This document shows positions 61,814-64,000 of a stretch of DNA of 64,000 nucleotides, piece by piece; within the stretch, counting starts at the first letter, position 1, and every line of letters begins with the position of its first letter. The DNA is from an uncultured delta proteobacterium. Its GTDB lineage: Bacteria > Desulfobacterota > Binatia > UBA9968. The notes under the pieces were generated by a model. It was not told where the DNA came from. It saw only the letters and a program-made list of their open reading frames with translations, and made no database searches. The stretch covers positions 140,811 to 204,810 of the forward strand of contig CAWJZV010000023.1 of assembly GCA_963847445.1 (NCBI GenBank), written 5' to 3'. A program made the position numbers and the translations under genes.

Positions 61814-62029
61814 TCCGGTCTTACGGTCGCGGTGGATTCTTGCCGGACAAGAACCGGCTTTTAACCCGCATGGCGCGGTCATTTCCAGCTTCAAAGCAGG
61901 TGCTATGGGGCTCTTGCTATTCCCCCCGCTTTGAAATATGAACCTGGTGCGCAAAATGTCCGCTCTTTACTATAAATGACATTTGGATGGCTTTGATAGG
62001 AGTCTAAGGTACCTTCAAGGACGCGTATT

Positions 62030-62230
62030 ATGCCCGAGCAACTACTGACCCTGGAACAGGTTGCTGACTATTTGAACGTCGACAAGTTTACCGTGTATCG
62101 GCTGCTGTCGGATAAGGAGCTACCGGCTTTCAAAGTCGGCAACCAGTGGCGCTTCAAACGCCGGTTGATCGAGAACTGGCTAACGAAAAACTCCAACGCC
62201 AATCGCAAGTACGCGCCGAGGGATCAATAG
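62030..62230 (+). CDS. Excisionase-like helix-turn-helix DNA-binding protein (HTH_17)
   Basis: LLTLEQVADYL.V...TVYRL....ELPAFKVGNQWRF. Confidence 0.88.
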   Translation: MPEQLLTLEQVADYLNVDKFTVYRLLSDKELPAFKVGNQWRFKRRLIENWLTKNSNANRKYAPRDQ

Positions 62231-62269
62231 CGGCACGCTTTCAACCGTCGCGCCGGCCAATGGCGCAAT

Positions 62270-62656
62270 TCACTCCGCCTCTCTACATACCGCTTCGACA
62301 TTGTAACCGTCCGGGTCCAGGACAAAGGCGCCATAATAGTTGGCGCTGTACTGCGGCCGGAGTCCCGGCCTGCCGTTGTCTTTGCCGCCGGCCGCGATCG
62401 CCGCGGCGTAGAAGGCATCGACCAAGGCGCGTTTGTTCACTTGCAATGCGATGTGCGTGGTGACGCGGCCGGGATCGCCCTGGTATATCCAGAGCTCGGC
62501 GCGCGGCGGCTCGCCAAAGCCGGCGCTCGCGGCCGGCCGCGTCGGCGTGACGCCATACTCGCGGATCATCCGGTAGCCGATCGGTTTGAGTGCCGCGCTG
62601 TAAAATTTCTTACTGCGCTCGATGTCGCTGACGATGATGCCTACATGGGCGATCAT
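62270..62656 (-). CDS. VOC/glyoxalase family protein
   Basis: HVGIIVSD.ERS..FY..AL, HIA, AGGKDNG.PGLR..Y..NYYGAFVLDPDG.NVEAV; GAGGAGG RBS. Confidence 0.9.
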   Translation of the reverse strand: MIAHVGIIVSDIERSKKFYSAALKPIGYRMIREYGVTPTRPAASAGFGEPPRAELWIYQGDPGRVTTHIALQVNKRALVDAFYAAAIAAGGKDNGRPGLRPQYSANYYGAFVLDPDGYNVEAVCREAE

Positions 62657-62689
62657 GCATCCTCCTCTCTGCTTAAACACGAAGAATTT

Positions 62690-62764
62690 TTCCCGCCAAG
62701 GCGCAAAGGCAAGTTGGCGGAACTTGCGTTGTTCTCCGGCCTTTGCGGTCGTTGCGCCTTGCGA
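62690..62764. repeat. CGCCAAG/CTTTGCG palindromic element
   Basis: CCCGCCAAGGCGCAAAGGCAAG ... CTTTGCGGTCGTTGCGCCTTGCGA. Confidence 0.55.
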
Positions 62765-62853
62765 TAATCCGAGTTTCGCTTGCGGTTCTGCCGCGCTGTG
62801 CCCTCGATGCTGAAATCCGCTCGCTGCATGGTCCCGGCTTTGCCGCGACAAGT

Positions 62854-63843
62854 TTAGTAGCCGCTCGACTGGATTCTCTGAATAAATGTCGCGTCAAGAA
62901 TCGATTCAGGCTTCAAGGTCGAGAGCTTGGCATTGGTTCGGGTCAGAATGGAGTAGATCTTTTGCAGGCCTTCAGGTTTAGGTCTCATATCGCTGCTGTA
63001 AGCCGCTACCATCGCGTGGTAGCCGGTTTCAGCGTCTTCGACGCGGTTGAGCCTGAGATGCTTTGCCATGGTCTTGAGCACGACCGATTTGTTCTCCGGT
63101 TTTTGAAAGAACCGCAGCGAATCGATAGTACCCTTGAGCAACGCTTCGTAGGTTCTCGGCTCCTGATGCGCGATGCTCTTCTTGACCACCAAAGACGAGC
63201 CAACGTAGGGGATCGGCGCGCGGCTTAAGTCGACCAGCAGCGTGTAGCCCTTTTTCTTGAGCGGCGCGCTGAAGGTCGAGCCCATCCAGGAGGCCTGGGC
63301 ACGGCCGGTTTCGAGTGCTTGGATGCGCGAGGGCTGATCGCCGAGCACGATGAAACGGATGTTGTCGCGGTCGGGATCGAGGCCGAGGTAATCCAAAGCC
63401 AGGATATTGTTCGCCCAACCGCCGCCGCCGATGCTCTGGATCGCAACCAATTTACCCTTGAGATCCTCCGGTCTCTTGAACTCGGGGCGCGCCATGAAGT
63501 CCCCCTCGGGGCGTTGGAACAGTGAGCCGATGATCACGACATCCAACCCTCCGGCGGCGAGATTCAACACGGCGTTGGAGCTGGTCAGAACCGCATTCAC
63601 ATCGCCGGACGCCAATGCCGATGCGGCGAGCGATCCAACGCGCATGTAGATCACCTCAACGTTCAAACCGTGCTTGCGGTAAAAACCTAGCTCGACGCCG
63701 ACCCAGAGCACCGCGGGATTCTCGCCGCTGGTGCCGTTGGCGATGCGGAAGTTGGTTAGGGGTTGAGCGTTAATCGCGGTCGTCGAGAAAAAAGAAATAA
63801 CCAGCGTGCCGAGAAGTAGAATTGTTCGCGCCGTATTATTCAC
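62854..63843 (-). CDS. NMT1/SsuA-like ABC substrate-binding protein
   Basis: Signal peptide, GFYRKHGLNVEVI, DLKGK.VAIQSIGG, GLDP.RD.I, GDQ..R..ALE.G. Confidence 0.88.
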   Translation of the reverse strand: MNNTARTILLLGTLVISFFSTTAINAQPLTNFRIANGTSGENPAVLWVGVELGFYRKHGLNVEVIYMRVGSLAASALASGDVNAVLTSSNAVLNLAAGGLDVVIIGSLFQRPEGDFMARPEFKRPEDLKGKLVAIQSIGGGGWANNILALDYLGLDPDRDNIRFIVLGDQPSRIQALETGRAQASWMGSTFSAPLKKKGYTLLVDLSRAPIPYVGSSLVVKKSIAHQEPRTYEALLKGTIDSLRFFQKPENKSVVLKTMAKHLRLNRVEDAETGYHAMVAAYSSDMRPKPEGLQKIYSILTRTNAKLSTLKPESILDATFIQRIQSSGY

Positions 63844-63950
63844 AAATAAGTTCCTAAAATCTAAACCCTCGCCCGCTTGCGGGAGAGGAGGGTGTTGTGC
63901 TCAGGGCATGTTTTGCGGTTAGTCATCCGATGGCAAATCTTTCCCGTCGA

Positions 63951-63979
63951 CGTTTTGAACGTTTTGAACGATTGGAACG
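63951..63979. repeat. TTGAACG nonamer array
   Basis: CGTTTTGAA CGTTTTGAA CGATTGGAA CG. Confidence 0.65.
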
Positions 63980-64000
63980 TGCCGGGTTTTCTTAGTTCGA

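Noticed and set aside
62030-62230. Excisionase marking a prophage or ICE boundary
   Set aside because: No integrase, tRNA, att-like repeat or phage genes nearby; stand-alone HTH_17 proteins are common

Overview
GC-rich bacterial chromosomal window with no rRNA, tRNA or CRISPR array detected. Orphan NMT1/SsuA-type binding proteins, several amidohydrolases, VOC and cupin proteins, hydantoinase/oxoprolinase and dense short palindromic repeats resemble Candidatus Binatia/Binatota genomes (inference only). About 20 single-base frameshifts break otherwise intact genes, most likely long-read indel errors. The main feature is a ~15 kb NRPS cluster (5236-20720) arranged A-T / C-A-T-C-A-T / docking-C-A-T-C, with no thioesterase. 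Two of its A domains lack the amino-binding Asp235, one is Gly-type and one beta-Ala-type. The first C domain has HQxxxDG, and the last NRPS gene probably starts at ATA. It is followed by a translationally coupled secreted alpha/beta hydrolase and a Lys/Ala-rich 79-aa protein. Upstream lies a cyclase-STAND-TPR gene. Downstream, a GAF-AAA+ activator with a GVATGV loop faces a consensus sigma54 promoter that drives a CADD/PqqC-like diiron enzyme. The rest holds an ECF sigma/anti-sigma pair with a consensus promoter, a BrnT/BrnA pair, a RAYT transposase carrying its own REPs, a decayed IS and catabolic genes.
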